Assembly (NCBI GenBank): GCA_036525185.1
Contig: DATDAW010000002.1
Location: 72,856-136,855 of the forward strand
DNA: 64,000 bases
Source: Chthoniobacterales bacterium
GTDB taxonomy: Bacteria; Verrucomicrobiota; Verrucomicrobiia; Chthoniobacterales; DASVRZ01
Reading direction: 5' to 3'
In this document: one piece after another, positions 1 through 9,515 of the stretch
How the letters are laid out: each line of letters begins with the position of its first letter
Numbering within the stretch: position 1 is the stretch's first letter
Made by a program: the position numbers and the translations under genes
Notes under the pieces: model-generated
What the model was told of the DNA's origin: nothing
The model's database searches: none
Seen by the model: the letters and a program-made list of their open reading frames with translations, nothing else

Positions 1-709
1 CCAGGCCGCGCGATGTTAGATCGCTGACAACCTGCGCCAGCCCGGCGACCGGCTCCTTGGACCGCATGAAAGTTAGCACTTCTCCTGCGCTGATTCCGAA
101 TGGTGACAACAACGCCTCCGTTTTCTCATTTGCCGTGCGTTCGGCCTTATCCACAATTTGAAAGAACGTGTATTCGTCCTCCTGGTTTCCTCCGCGTGTG
201 GTAAAAAAATTCTCCCATGCCGTGCGGCTGCTCAGCCGGACGACAAAATCGTTCTCGGTAAACCCAAATGCGCGTAGAAGATCGATGACCAAAGCGATTA
301 ATTCAGCGTCCGCCGCGGGACTTGGCTCGCCGATAATGTCCGCGTTCAATTGGTAGAACTCGCGCGTTCGGCCGCGTTGCTGCTTTTCGTATCGGAAAAA
401 CTGCGGCACGCAGAACCACTTCAGCGGTTTTCGGAAATCCTTCGCGCGCGCCGCAACCATGCGCGCCAGCGACGGCGTCATTTCCGGTCGGAGTGCAATA
501 TGACGTTCACCTTTGTCGACAAAATCGAAGAGCTGGCCGACGAGTTCGCCGCCGGATTTTTTTTTATAAAGCTCGATAGGTTCAAGCACTGGGCCGTCGT
601 ATTCGACAAATCCGTATCTCCGGCAAACCGTGCGCCATGTATCGAGGATGTAATTCCTGCGGGCACAATCGGCGGGATAAAAGTCGCGAAAACCAGGTAA
701 AAGTTGCAT
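1..709 (-). CDS. hisS: histidine--tRNA ligase, 5' part only (about 236 codons; 3' end lies outside the window)
   Basis: Absent from the ORF track because it runs off the edge. Own translation of the minus strand from ATG (rc of 707-709): MQLLPGFRDFYPADCARRNYILDTWRTVCRRYGFVEYDGPVLEPIELYKKKSGGELVGQLFDFVDKGERHIALRPEMTPSLARMV...FRYEKQQRGRTREFYQLNADIIG = class II HisRS motifs 1 and 2. Confidence 0.9.
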   Translation of the reverse strand, partial: MQLLPGFRDFYPADCARRNYILDTWRTVCRRYGFVEYDGPVLEPIELYKKKSGGELVGQLFDFVDKGERHIALRPEMTPSLARMVAARAKDFRKPLKWFCVPQFFRYEKQQRGRTREFYQLNADIIGEPSPAADAELIALVIDLLRAFGFTENDFVVRLSSRTAWENFFTTRGGNQEDEYTFFQIVDKAERTANEKTEALLSPFGISAGEVLTFMRSKEPVAGLAQVVSDLTSRGL

Positions 710-773
710 GAAAGGCGGCGTGGGGCGTTACGATGCGCGTCATGCCAGACATTGCAAATCAGAAGCGATTCTT

Positions 774-1793
774 ATGTTGAGCTGGCTTGAGTTGCGTCAA
801 TTCCGATGTTTCGAGCGGGTGCGTGTCGAGTTTGTGCCGGGACGAAATTGTATTGTGGGACCGAATGCGCGTGGGAAAACGTCGTTGCTTGAGGCTGCGT
901 GTGTGTTGTTGCGCTTGCAATCGCCGCGGGCAACGACGCTTGGTCAAGCGATCAGGTTTGGGCAGAAGAGTTTTGCGCTGGAAGGGCAATGGAATGCGTC
1001 GCGCTGCCAGTATGTCTACAGCGCAATGCGACGCAAGCTGGTGCTTGATGCTGTGGAACAGCGGCGCGCAAACGAGTATTTGCAGCTCGCGCGCGTGGTG
1101 TGGTTTGGAAATGACGACCTGGACTTGATCCGCGGTGGCAGCGAGTTGCGGCGGCGATTTCTGGATTTTGCCATCGCGCAAGTTCGCCCCGCGTATCGTC
1201 TCCATTTACGAGCCTATGAGAAGGCCCTCCGCTCGCGGAATGCGCTTCTAAAGCAAGGTGGGCGCTCACGCGAAGTAGCGGCTTACAACGGACCTCTCAT
1301 GACTGCCGGCGCGGAGTTGCGCAAGGCGCGAATGGCGCTGGTCGACCGGTTGGTTGAACCGGCACGAACAGCGAATCGTGGAGTCAGCGGGACGGATCAG
1401 GCATTCGAAATGCGTTATCGGGACGGGACCGGTGAAGATTTTGCGGCGGCTCTGGCTGAATCTGCGGACGAGGAGAATCGGCTGCGGCAGACGGTCGTGG
1501 GGCCGCACCGAGATGATTTGTTGCTATTTCTTGAGGAAAAGCCTGTGGCGACGTTTGGATCCGAAGGCCAGCAAAGGACGGCCTCCCTTGCGCTGAAACT
1601 TGCCCAAGCAGAGTTGCTCGGGGAAAGTCAGCAGGAGCCGCCGTTGCTCCTCGTCGATGACATTTTTGGCGAACTCGATGTCGGCCGTCGAAATCGTCTC
1701 CTCAGGCTCCTGCCGCCGGGCGGCCAGCAAATCATCACGACGACCCATCTCACCTGGATGGAAGGAATCGAAGCGAAGGTGCTCCAATTGTAG
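774..1793 (+). CDS. recF: DNA replication and repair protein RecF
   Basis: ORF 708..1793; conserved N-terminus MLSWLELRQFRCFE begins at ATG 774; Walker A GPNARGKTSLLEA; signature GSEGQQRTASLALKLA; Walker B LLLVDDIFGELD. Confidence 0.9.
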   Translation: MLSWLELRQFRCFERVRVEFVPGRNCIVGPNARGKTSLLEAACVLLRLQSPRATTLGQAIRFGQKSFALEGQWNASRCQYVYSAMRRKLVLDAVEQRRANEYLQLARVVWFGNDDLDLIRGGSELRRRFLDFAIAQVRPAYRLHLRAYEKALRSRNALLKQGGRSREVAAYNGPLMTAGAELRKARMALVDRLVEPARTANRGVSGTDQAFEMRYRDGTGEDFAAALAESADEENRLRQTVVGPHRDDLLLFLEEKPVATFGSEGQQRTASLALKLAQAELLGESQQEPPLLLVDDIFGELDVGRRNRLLRLLPPGGQQIITTTHLTWMEGIEAKVLQL

Positions 1794-1906
1794 CTGACAA
1801 AAATGCCGCGACAGGCGTTTCCAAACGCAGGTTTGGATTCTCAGCGGTGAGGTTTGGTCTTTAGTGATTGGCGAACGTCTGGAAACAGGCAAGATCAAAT
1901 CCGTTT

Positions 1907-2458
1907 ATGAAACTCGTCGTTGCAGCCACCGGGGCGTCCGGATCGATTTATCTCCAGCGATTACTGGATCAGATCGATTGTGAGTCGAACGAGGTGCATC
2001 TCGTGCTCAGTGCGTATGCGAACCAGGTTATTCACGAGGAAATTGGACCATTGCGGATTCCCGACGGCGTCCGTCCGCATAACGAGAAATCGATGAATGC
2101 GCCGTTTGCGAGCGGTTCGTCTCTTTTTGACGCGATGGTCGTTGTGCCATGTTCGATGGGAACGGTTGGCCGCATTGCCGCCGGCACGAGCGAAAATCTC
2201 ATCTTGCGAGCGGCGGATGTTTTCCTCAAGGAACAGCGAAGACTCATCCTCGTTCCACGCGAGACACCGTGGAATTTGATACAGGCGCGCAATGTGGTCA
2301 CGGTGCTCGAAGCCGGTGCGGTCGTGTTGCCTGCGATGCCGTCGTTTTACAGTCGTCCGGAGACGATCGAGGCGGTGGCGGATACGGTCGTGCACCGAAT
2401 TTTGGACCAGCTCCGCCTGCCATGCCCTAGGGCGGCCCGCTGGAAAACAGAGGGATGA
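1907..2458 (+). CDS. ubiX: flavin prenyltransferase UbiX (UbiX/Pad1 family)
   Basis: ORF 1868..2458; family N-terminus MKLVVAATGASGSIYLQRLL starts at ATG 1907; VVPCSMGTVGRIAAG and LILVPRETPW motifs. Confidence 0.9.
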   Translation: MKLVVAATGASGSIYLQRLLDQIDCESNEVHLVLSAYANQVIHEEIGPLRIPDGVRPHNEKSMNAPFASGSSLFDAMVVVPCSMGTVGRIAAGTSENLILRAADVFLKEQRRLILVPRETPWNLIQARNVVTVLEAGAVVLPAMPSFYSRPETIEAVADTVVHRILDQLRLPCPRAARWKTEG

Positions 2459-3084
2459 AGATCCGTCTTCCTGAGGAAAGAGTTGCCGGTTTGATTGCCG
2501 GCGTCATCCGGTTGCTGCGGAAAGTCGTTCGTGTTCGGATCGACGATTCGAACGGTTTTTTGGCGGGCGAACGGCGTGGTCCGTTTATCGTCGCCGTGTG
2601 GCACAACCGAATTCTCGGGCTGATGACTGCCGGATATCACAGGACGGGGATTGTGCCCATGACGGTGCTTACCAGCCCAAGCCGCGATGGGGAGGTGCTG
2701 GCGCAGGCACTGGCGAAACTCGGAGTTGCGGCTGTGCGTGGTTCGAGCTCCAAACGGGCCGCGGCGGGCTTGATCGAGGCAATTCGCACATTTCGAGCGG
2801 GCAGGACAATGATTGTTACCCCGGACGGACCGCGCGGGCCGAAGTACGTGCTGAGCCCCGGGGTCATTTCGCTGGCGCGCAAAACCGGCGCCCCTGTGCT
2901 CGCCGTTCACGTGCACTTTTCCCGGGCGTGGCGGTTGAAAACCTGGGATCGCTTTTTTGTGCCCCTGCCGTTTTCGCGGATCGATGTGAAAATCGATCCG
3001 GCGCGGTTTTTCCCGGAAACAGGAGATTTGGAGCTGCAACGGGCGGAGCTAGAAGGAATTCTGCGGACAGGGACAGGGGAATAA
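2455..3084 (+). CDS. DUF374 / lysophospholipid acyltransferase-family protein
   Basis: ATG 2455 overlaps ubiX stop (ATGA). TSPSRDGEVLAQALAKLGVAAVRGSS...IVTPDGPRGP...ISLARKTGAPVL matches the DUF374 core as I remember it. Confidence 0.7.
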   Translation: MKIRLPEERVAGLIAGVIRLLRKVVRVRIDDSNGFLAGERRGPFIVAVWHNRILGLMTAGYHRTGIVPMTVLTSPSRDGEVLAQALAKLGVAAVRGSSSKRAAAGLIEAIRTFRAGRTMIVTPDGPRGPKYVLSPGVISLARKTGAPVLAVHVHFSRAWRLKTWDRFFVPLPFSRIDVKIDPARFFPETGDLELQRAELEGILRTGTGE

Positions 3085-3187
3085 ACGGAGCAATCCAAAG
3101 TCCGCCGGAGGCGATTCTGCAAAAAGAGAGCGAGTGTTTCCCAACTCTTTGCGTCCCTGCAAAAGCCGCGCCATCATTCTGGCCATC

Positions 3188-4072
3188 ATGCGCCGTTTCC
3201 TGCCTGCTTTCTTCGCTTTGATGTTTGTCTGTTTTAATGTCGCCTTTGCGGCAGATCTGCCATTCGACAGAGTCTTCATCGGTGAATCTAAATTCACACG
3301 CATGGTCGCCGCTGCAGCCGCCGGCAATTGGCAGGAGCTTCCCATCGGCGAACGAACCGCGACGGCCGGCCGCTGGCTGGTTGGGACGCCTTACAAATCC
3401 TTCACCCTCGAAATCGACGATCACATCGAGGCCCCTTCCGTGAACCTGGCAGGACTGGATTGCTGGACATTTTTTGAGGTCGCGCTCGGATTTGCCCGTA
3501 TGCTGGATGAACCCCGCGCGAATTGGACGTCACAAAGGCTACTGAAATACGTCGAACTCGACCGTTACCGAGGCGGTCGTTGCGACGGCACGTATCTTTC
3601 CCGTCTGCATTACCTCGAAGACTGGCTGTGGGATAACGACCGGCGCGGTCTCGTCGAGGATCTCACACGCCGGCTCGGTGGTGTTCCCGCACCCCACATT
3701 GCGCGTGAAATGACCGTTGGCTGGCGTCATTATCGTTACCTCGTCGCGAACCCGGAGTTGCGCGCCGGCATTGCCGAGCATGAGGCGAGGATCAGCAACA
3801 CGAGGATGTATCACATTCCTAAATCGAGGGTGGCTGGCATCGAAAAATACCTGCGCGATGGCGACATTATTGGCATCACGTCGCGCGACAGCGGCGGCGT
3901 CGGCACGTCGCATGTGGGTCTGGCGTTGCGAACCAAAGATGGCGTGTTGCACTTCATGCACGCGTCATCACCGCGGAATTACGGGAAAGTCGTCATCGAC
4001 CGGCGGTTGTCGGACTATTTGTATCACTACTCCACGAACACCGGCATCCTTGTCGCCCGCCCCCTGAGGTAG
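3188..4072 (+). CDS. secreted DUF1460-like (amidase/NlpC-P60-like) protein
   Basis: ORF 3134..4072; ATG 3188 gives signal peptide MRRFLPAFFALMFVCFNVAFA; GLDCWTFFEVALGFARM and GDIIGITS...GTSHVGLAL resemble DUF1460; recognition from memory only. Confidence 0.6.
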   Translation: MRRFLPAFFALMFVCFNVAFAADLPFDRVFIGESKFTRMVAAAAAGNWQELPIGERTATAGRWLVGTPYKSFTLEIDDHIEAPSVNLAGLDCWTFFEVALGFARMLDEPRANWTSQRLLKYVELDRYRGGRCDGTYLSRLHYLEDWLWDNDRRGLVEDLTRRLGGVPAPHIAREMTVGWRHYRYLVANPELRAGIAEHEARISNTRMYHIPKSRVAGIEKYLRDGDIIGITSRDSGGVGTSHVGLALRTKDGVLHFMHASSPRNYGKVVIDRRLSDYLYHYSTNTGILVARPLR

Positions 4073-4105
4073 GAAGGAGCGTCGCAAGCCTTCTCAAGAA
4101 TCTTC

Positions 4106-5131
4106 TTACGAATGGGTGATTTCGCGCAGCACTTCGACTTTGCTCCACGCCGCTCCCGAGGCAATAATCTCGCGCGCTTTTGCTGTGCCTTCAGAGAGAT
4201 CTGTTTCTATGTCTGCGACGACGAGAGCCGCCCCGGCATTCGCCGCGACGATTTCTGAGATGGCGAGAAAATCCCTGCCGCCGCGCAGAATGTGCTCGAG
4301 GATTTTGGCGTTTTGCGTGCCGTCGCCGCCGCGGAGATCGGCGATGTCGGGCGGATTTTCCGGCATTGGCAGCAGAAAAGAACGCATTGCCGACGCATCG
4401 ACTTCGGTCACCAACGTCGGGCCAAGTGTCGAAATTTCGTCCATGCCCTGGCCAGCGACCGTTTTTCCGTGAACCGCCCACGCTTTCCGGCGCCCGATTT
4501 TCTGCAAGACAGCGGCAAACTTTGGCATCGCTGCTTCGGAAAAGATGCCGACAAGTTGATGTGTTGGCCGTGCCGGATTGAGCAGTGGCCCGAGAAGATT
4601 GAAAATCGTCGGCACACCTTCCGCGGCAAGCTGGCGTCGGACCGGGGCGATGACTTTGAACGCCGGATGATACTTTGGCGCGAACATAAACCCGCAATCT
4701 GTTCCCGAGATGCAACGCCGAAAAATTGCGGGCCCGACGTCGATCTTGATGCCAAGCGCCTCAAGGACGTCCGCACCGCCGGATTTCGATGTAATGGCAC
4801 GGTTGCCGTGTTTGACCACCGTAACGCCGCCGGCTGCCGCAACAAACATCGCGGCAGTCGAGACATTGAAAAGGTGCAGCCCGTCGCCACCGGTGCCGCA
4901 AACGTCGATAACGGGCTTCCCTTCGGGCATGACGAGCTCCGGGTCGATCGCAAAATCCAGAAAAGCATCCACAAAACCCGCGATTTCATCGGCCGTTTCG
5001 CCGCGTTCGCGAAGGGATCTGAGGAAATCTGCTTTATCCACTTCCGGCACGTCGGTGGACAGCAACGCAGCCGCTGAGGAGCGGATCTCGGAAGAGGACA
5101 GCTCGTGGCCAATCGGTAGTTCGCTCGTCAT
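4106..5131 (-). CDS. trpD: anthranilate phosphoribosyltransferase
   Basis: 341 aa; VIDVCGTGGDGLHLFNVSTAAMFVAAAGGVTVVKHGNRAITSKSGGADVLEALG, TIFNLLGPLLNPA. Confidence 0.9.
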   Translation of the reverse strand: MTSELPIGHELSSSEIRSSAAALLSTDVPEVDKADFLRSLRERGETADEIAGFVDAFLDFAIDPELVMPEGKPVIDVCGTGGDGLHLFNVSTAAMFVAAAGGVTVVKHGNRAITSKSGGADVLEALGIKIDVGPAIFRRCISGTDCGFMFAPKYHPAFKVIAPVRRQLAAEGVPTIFNLLGPLLNPARPTHQLVGIFSEAAMPKFAAVLQKIGRRKAWAVHGKTVAGQGMDEISTLGPTLVTEVDASAMRSFLLPMPENPPDIADLRGGDGTQNAKILEHILRGGRDFLAISEIVAANAGAALVVADIETDLSEGTAKAREIIASGAAWSKVEVLREITHS

Positions 5132-6180
5132 AAAAATTCAGCGTCAAGTTTGTCGCGGATCACGGCGAAGGACAGCTTTTCGTTGGCTCGTCGCTGGCTT
5201 TCTCCGATCGCGGAACGGTAAAAGGTCGGCTCAGTCAGCAATCGCCTCGCCAGAGCCAGAACTTCCTCGATGTCTCTCCCATGGCCATTCAAATGTGGAA
5301 ACGCAAGTCGCTCCGTCGTGCCATTTCCGCCCACGCACGGGACGCGGCAGAGCAGGGCATCGCCGGCGACCTGGCCCGGCACAGCGCTTGCATCGAGTTG
5401 AAAAACAATTCGGTGACCGGAGATGAGGTGCAAATAGTCCGGATAGCTTCGGCGCCCATCGATCACGTCCACGCGCACATCCGGCACGATTTCTTGCAGC
5501 GCTGCGATATGCTGGCGTCCGGAGTTGCCATCGACGTTCACTACGGAAACAGGCTCTCCCAATTCCACGCCAAGCTGGAAAGCAGCCAGGACCGCCGTCA
5601 GATGATTTCGCGAAGGCACGTCAAACTCGCGAGTCCCGACAAAAATACCGAGCCGTTCTTCGATCGGCCGCGAAAAATCCCAGCGAGGATCGTCCACCGG
5701 ATAGGGTGTTGGTAGAAAAAGCACCTTTTCGCACCCCGCAGCTCGATAGAACAAGCCAGCGTCTTCGGTGCTCGCCAGGGCGCCATCCGCGTCGAGGCAC
5801 AGTGCGCGAAAATCCGCGGCGTTGCTTTTCTTGGTCAGAACGGTGGAGATCTGATGCAATCCGCTCTCTTTGAACGCGATCCACACCTTGCAACCGACGG
5901 CTTTCAAATGATTGAGAACCTTCAAACTTTGCCCGGGATCGGAACGGAGCAGCAGCAAAACATTTTTCCCATTCCGACCTCGGACGGCCTCGATTGACCG
6001 CACAAACGCCCCTCCAGCGCACGCTGCGAAGCCATGATAGTTCACGGGGGCATGGATTTCCGGATTGGGTTCGCCTGCGAAATCCGGAAAATCCTGATCC
6101 GGATCGCGACCACCCGCGTTCAGAACGACGAATGGGCGCGAATGGGCACGGATCTTGGCTTTCGTGTTCAGTGTGCTCAT
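5128..6180 (-). CDS. hypothetical protein, two Rossmann-like halves (GT-B-like?), family not recognised
   Basis: ORF track gives 5128..6486 but the first 102 codons overlap nagA. MSTLNTKAK start (rc 6178-6180) overlaps the nagA stop as ATGA, and its stop overlaps the trpD start as ATGA. Confidence 0.6.
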   Translation of the reverse strand: MSTLNTKAKIRAHSRPFVVLNAGGRDPDQDFPDFAGEPNPEIHAPVNYHGFAACAGGAFVRSIEAVRGRNGKNVLLLLRSDPGQSLKVLNHLKAVGCKVWIAFKESGLHQISTVLTKKSNAADFRALCLDADGALASTEDAGLFYRAAGCEKVLFLPTPYPVDDPRWDFSRPIEERLGIFVGTREFDVPSRNHLTAVLAAFQLGVELGEPVSVVNVDGNSGRQHIAALQEIVPDVRVDVIDGRRSYPDYLHLISGHRIVFQLDASAVPGQVAGDALLCRVPCVGGNGTTERLAFPHLNGHGRDIEEVLALARRLLTEPTFYRSAIGESQRRANEKLSFAVIRDKLDAEFL

Positions 6181-7370
6181 CGGGTGGCGCTTATGCCTCG
6201 GTCTACCTGATTCTCGAAAATGATCCTGCTCCGGGACCAGGTTTGCAAGACGTGGAAATCCGGAGAAAAGATTGCAAAGTCCGCAGCGGCGCCGGGTTGC
6301 AGTACGCCGATTTGGGCGTCCTGATTCAGGGCGAGCGCGGGATTGAGTGTCGCCATGCGTACTGCTTCGACGAGTGGGATGCCAGCCAGTTCGACCATAT
6401 TTTTGATGCAATCGATCATTCGCGCGGTGCTCCCGGCAAGCGCCTGGCCGTCGGCAGTCATTCCGACTCCATCCGATACGATGCATTCGAGGCTCCCGAG
6501 GGAAAAAAGTTCGCCGTCTGAAAGTCCGGCGCCAGCGGTCGCATCTGTGACAAGCTGAATACCGTCCGCCCCTTTGGCCTGATAAAGCGCCCGCATCAAC
6601 GTCGGCGAAACGTGTTTTCCGTCAGCGATCAACTCACAACGGATCTCCGGCTCGGACAGCGCGTATTCGAGGAGACCAGCTTCGCGAAATGGCCCACGTC
6701 GGCGCGCCGAGGACATGGCATTGTAGGAGTGGGTTACCTGCCGCATGCCGTGGACAAAAGCTGCTTCGGCCTCTTCCGCCCACGCATCGCTGTGTCCGCC
6801 GCTGGCAATGATGCCATTCTCGTCGAGGCGTTTGATGAGTGGGAGTGCTCCCTTAAGTTCTGGAGCGACAGTCATTTGCGTAATCACGTCAGAATACGCA
6901 AGGAGTTGTGCGATTTCTGCGGCATCCTCCGGTGCTCGCAGCAGGCCCGGCGCATGCGCTCCCGGCTTCTCCAGCGAAAAATACGGCCCCTCGACGTGAA
7001 TGCCCAGCAACCGCGAGCCGGCGTGGGTGTTCGGAAATTGGCGTGCTGCGTCAAGCACGGCTTCAATGTGCCGAATCGGCGCGGCAACCGTCGTCAACGC
7101 CAATGACGTTGTTCCGCCGGACGCATGAAACGCGGAGATCGTTTCAAACGCATCATGGGACGCTTCCATCGCATCGCGCTGCATCGCACCATGGACGTGC
7201 AGATCAATAAAACCCGGCGCGAGTAAGTTCCCTTGCAGATCCATCGTGACGGAATCCTGGGGCGGATGTCCTGTACCGAGTCCGGTGATCTTTCGGTCCT
7301 GCGAAAACGCCAGCCACGCATCGGGCAGCAGGCGGTCGGGTAGAATTAAAGTCGCGTGGGCAAAAAGCAT
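6177..7370 (-). CDS. nagA: N-acetylglucosamine-6-phosphate deacetylase
   Basis: 397 aa; APGFIDLHVHGA metal site, GIHVEGPYFS, amidohydrolase fold pattern. Confidence 0.9.
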   Translation of the reverse strand: MLFAHATLILPDRLLPDAWLAFSQDRKITGLGTGHPPQDSVTMDLQGNLLAPGFIDLHVHGAMQRDAMEASHDAFETISAFHASGGTTSLALTTVAAPIRHIEAVLDAARQFPNTHAGSRLLGIHVEGPYFSLEKPGAHAPGLLRAPEDAAEIAQLLAYSDVITQMTVAPELKGALPLIKRLDENGIIASGGHSDAWAEEAEAAFVHGMRQVTHSYNAMSSARRRGPFREAGLLEYALSEPEIRCELIADGKHVSPTLMRALYQAKGADGIQLVTDATAGAGLSDGELFSLGSLECIVSDGVGMTADGQALAGSTARMIDCIKNMVELAGIPLVEAVRMATLNPALALNQDAQIGVLQPGAAADFAIFSPDFHVLQTWSRSRIIFENQVDRGISATR

Positions 7371-7507
7371 GTCGGTTATCCGTTATCGGGAAGGTCGCGT
7401 GGGAACAATCGCAATCGCTAATCGATGACGGACCACCGACCACCGAACCTTTTTGTTCTTGCCGTCGCCTCCGCCGCTGATTAACAGTCTCCGACCACGC
7501 CTCCGCA

Positions 7508-8128
7508 ATGTCGAAACTGGAGATTCCTCGCAAGGCTGTTTACCGATTGTCCTTGTACTTTAGGAATTTACAAAGGCTGCGTCAAAACCGCGTTGAAACG
7601 GTTTCTTCCGCGACCCTCGCCAAGGCTTCCGGCGTGAAACCGACGCAGTTGCGGAAGGACCTTACCTATTTTGGCCAATTCGGTACGCGCGGCCTCGGGT
7701 ATAACGTTGCACAGTTGTGCGACATTCTGAAAACCGCACTTGGAGCCACCGCTCTGCAGCCCGTGGCGCTGGTCGGCGTCGGCCATCTCGGTTCGGCGTT
7801 GTTGCGTTATGATGGACTTGCCAAGGAGGGTTTTGAAATTGTGGCCGCGTTCGACATCGACCCCGTGAACTGCTTGGGTGCGGGCGCGAAACCGAAAGTT
7901 CGGGCCATATCCGGCATGAAGGAATGGATCCGGAAACGGGCGATCAAAATGGCGATTCTTGCGGTGCCGGTGGTCGTTGCGCAGGAAGTTTGCAACGAGC
8001 TGGTCGAGGGAGGCATTCAGGCAATCCTGAATTTTTGCCCGACCGTGCTGCAGGTGCCGTCAAAAGTTTTCGTGAACAATGTCGATCTGGCATTGGAGCT
8101 CGAAAATTTGAGCTATTTCATTCACTGA
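7508..8128 (+). CDS. rex: redox-sensing transcriptional repressor Rex
   Basis: 206 aa; IPRKAVYRLSLYFRNLQRL, VSSATLAKASGVKPTQLRKDLTYFGQFGTRGLGYNV winged helix, LVGVGHLGSALL Rossmann. Confidence 0.85.
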   Translation: MSKLEIPRKAVYRLSLYFRNLQRLRQNRVETVSSATLAKASGVKPTQLRKDLTYFGQFGTRGLGYNVAQLCDILKTALGATALQPVALVGVGHLGSALLRYDGLAKEGFEIVAAFDIDPVNCLGAGAKPKVRAISGMKEWIRKRAIKMAILAVPVVVAQEVCNELVEGGIQAILNFCPTVLQVPSKVFVNNVDLALELENLSYFIH

Positions 8129-8148
8129 AAACCGGGTTTGCTTGGAGG

Positions 8149-8943
8149 ATGCACAAGCTTTTCGCCATTCTCGTTCTTGTCGGGGCTGTTCTTGCCGGAG
8201 GTTCCTGCTCGAAAACGCCGGACGACAAAAGCAAACCGCTTGTTGTCGGGATGGAGCTGAATTTTCCGCCGTTCGAAATGAAGGATCCATCGGGTAAACC
8301 CGCCGGAATCAGTGTCGAGATGGCTGAAGCGTTTGGGAAATTTGCGCAGCGGGAAATTCGGATAGAGGACATGCCATTCGACGCGTTGATTCCATCGCTG
8401 AAGACCGGGAAGATCGATCTGGCAATCTCGTCGATGACCATCACTGCGGAACGGGGAAAATCGATCGATTTTTCGGAGCCCTATTTGCACACCGGTATTT
8501 CGATCCTGGCGGGGGCGAACAGCGGGATTCAGAACGTGGGCGATATCGATCAACCGGGGCGGAAGATTGCGGTGAAAAAGGGCACGACGGGACACATCTA
8601 TGCGATCGACCATTTCAAGCATGCGCAGGTCCTGACATTTGACAGCAGCAGCGGCGCCGTCGTGGAAGTCGTTCAGGGCAAGGCGGACGCGTTCATTTAT
8701 GATGAGATGTCTGTTTTCCAGTATTTCCGGCAGAACCCAAAGACGACGCGCGCGATTCTGGCGCCATTCCAAAAAGAAGGGTGGGGCATTGGCGTCCGGA
8801 AAGGCAACGATGAGCTGCGGCAGCAGGTGAATGCGTTCCTGGCGGATTTTAAAGCGAAGAAGGGCTTTAATGCACTCGGCGACAAATACTTGGGCGAGGA
8901 AAAGAAAGCATTCCAGGAGATGGGTTTCCCCTTTTATTTTTAG
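8149..8943 (+). CDS. amino-acid ABC transporter substrate-binding lipoprotein (family 3 SBP), orphan
   Basis: ORF 7924..8943; real start ATG 8149 (MHKLFAILVLVGAVLAGGSCSK signal/lipobox); VVGMELNFPPFEM, DLAISSMTITAERGKSIDFSEPY; no permease or ATPase nearby. Confidence 0.85.
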   Translation: MHKLFAILVLVGAVLAGGSCSKTPDDKSKPLVVGMELNFPPFEMKDPSGKPAGISVEMAEAFGKFAQREIRIEDMPFDALIPSLKTGKIDLAISSMTITAERGKSIDFSEPYLHTGISILAGANSGIQNVGDIDQPGRKIAVKKGTTGHIYAIDHFKHAQVLTFDSSSGAVVEVVQGKADAFIYDEMSVFQYFRQNPKTTRAILAPFQKEGWGIGVRKGNDELRQQVNAFLADFKAKKGFNALGDKYLGEEKKAFQEMGFPFYF

Positions 8944-9515
8944 AGCTTTACGAATCGCGCCCGATGAATGGGGTGCTCTTTTGCGAGGAACTGTTTTTCG
9001 AAATCCGTTGGTGGCGATTCCTCTTCAGGCCAGCCGGCTGGGATGAGAACCCTGGAAGCTTCGGAAGTCATCACGCGAAAATATTCTTCGTGGTCGGTGG
9101 CAATTCGCCATTCACCGCCTGTGACCAGTGCCCGACGGATAGCCCCTGCAAACTCGGCATTGACGATACGATGATTGTGATGCCGCCGTTTTGGCCACGG
9201 ATCGGGGAAACTGAGGTAAAAACAGGTGACAGACTCTTCTGAAAGCATGTGCCTCACAACCCAGGACCCATCCAGGCGCAGAATGCGTAGGTTGTTCAAG
9301 GCCAGACGCTTTGCTTTGTTTTCCGTGGACCGAACTCGTCCCAGCAGCCGTTCGATGGCGAGGTAGTCGGCTTCCGCATGGCGCCGCGCCTGTTCAACGA
9401 TGAAGCTTCCCGCGCCTGAGCCTATGTCGATGTGGACCGCAGCTCGGCGCCCAAAAATGGCGGTGAAATCCAGTGGCTGAAAAATGTCAACGCCGGCGAG
9501 GATCAATCCGCTCAC
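8940..9515 (-). CDS. trmB: tRNA (guanine46-N7)-methyltransferase
   Basis: 191 aa; IDIGSGAGSF SAM site, SFPDPWPKRRHHNHR signature; start overlaps upstream gene stop by 4 nt. Confidence 0.85.
   Translation of the reverse strand: MSGLILAGVDIFQPLDFTAIFGRRAAVHIDIGSGAGSFIVEQARRHAEADYLAIERLLGRVRSTENKAKRLALNNLRILRLDGSWVVRHMLSEESVTCFYLSFPDPWPKRRHHNHRIVNAEFAGAIRRALVTGGEWRIATDHEEYFRVMTSEASRVLIPAGWPEEESPPTDFEKQFLAKEHPIHRARFVKL

Noticed and set aside
553-566. A run of nine T (A9 on the coding strand, encoding KKK) inside hisS, as a possible programmed slippage or phase-variation site.
   Set aside because: The frame is intact across it and the flanking sequence is the conserved HisRS motif-1 region (LYKKKSGGEL). 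A homopolymer in an essential gene without an alternative frame product is most simply coincidental.
1820-1837. Hairpin TCCAAAC-gcag-GTTTGGA after recF as a terminator.
   Set aside because: It has only a 7-bp AT-rich stem and no following T-run, so the support is too weak to annotate.
5128-6486. N-terminal extensions suggested by the ORF track: 5128..6486, 7924..8943, 18556..19239, 30274..31299, 39260..40054, 55728..57095, 57138..58556 and 58602..59495.
   Set aside because: The extensions overlap upstream genes or consist of R/P/S-rich sequence. Internal starts restore family-typical N-termini, signal peptides or ATGA-type coupling.
7371-7507. Rex operator (TTGTGAA-n4-TTCACAA type) in the nagA-rex divergent region and other upstream regions.
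   Set aside because: I could not find a convincing inverted repeat of that type by eye. A motif scan would be needed, so nothing is claimed.
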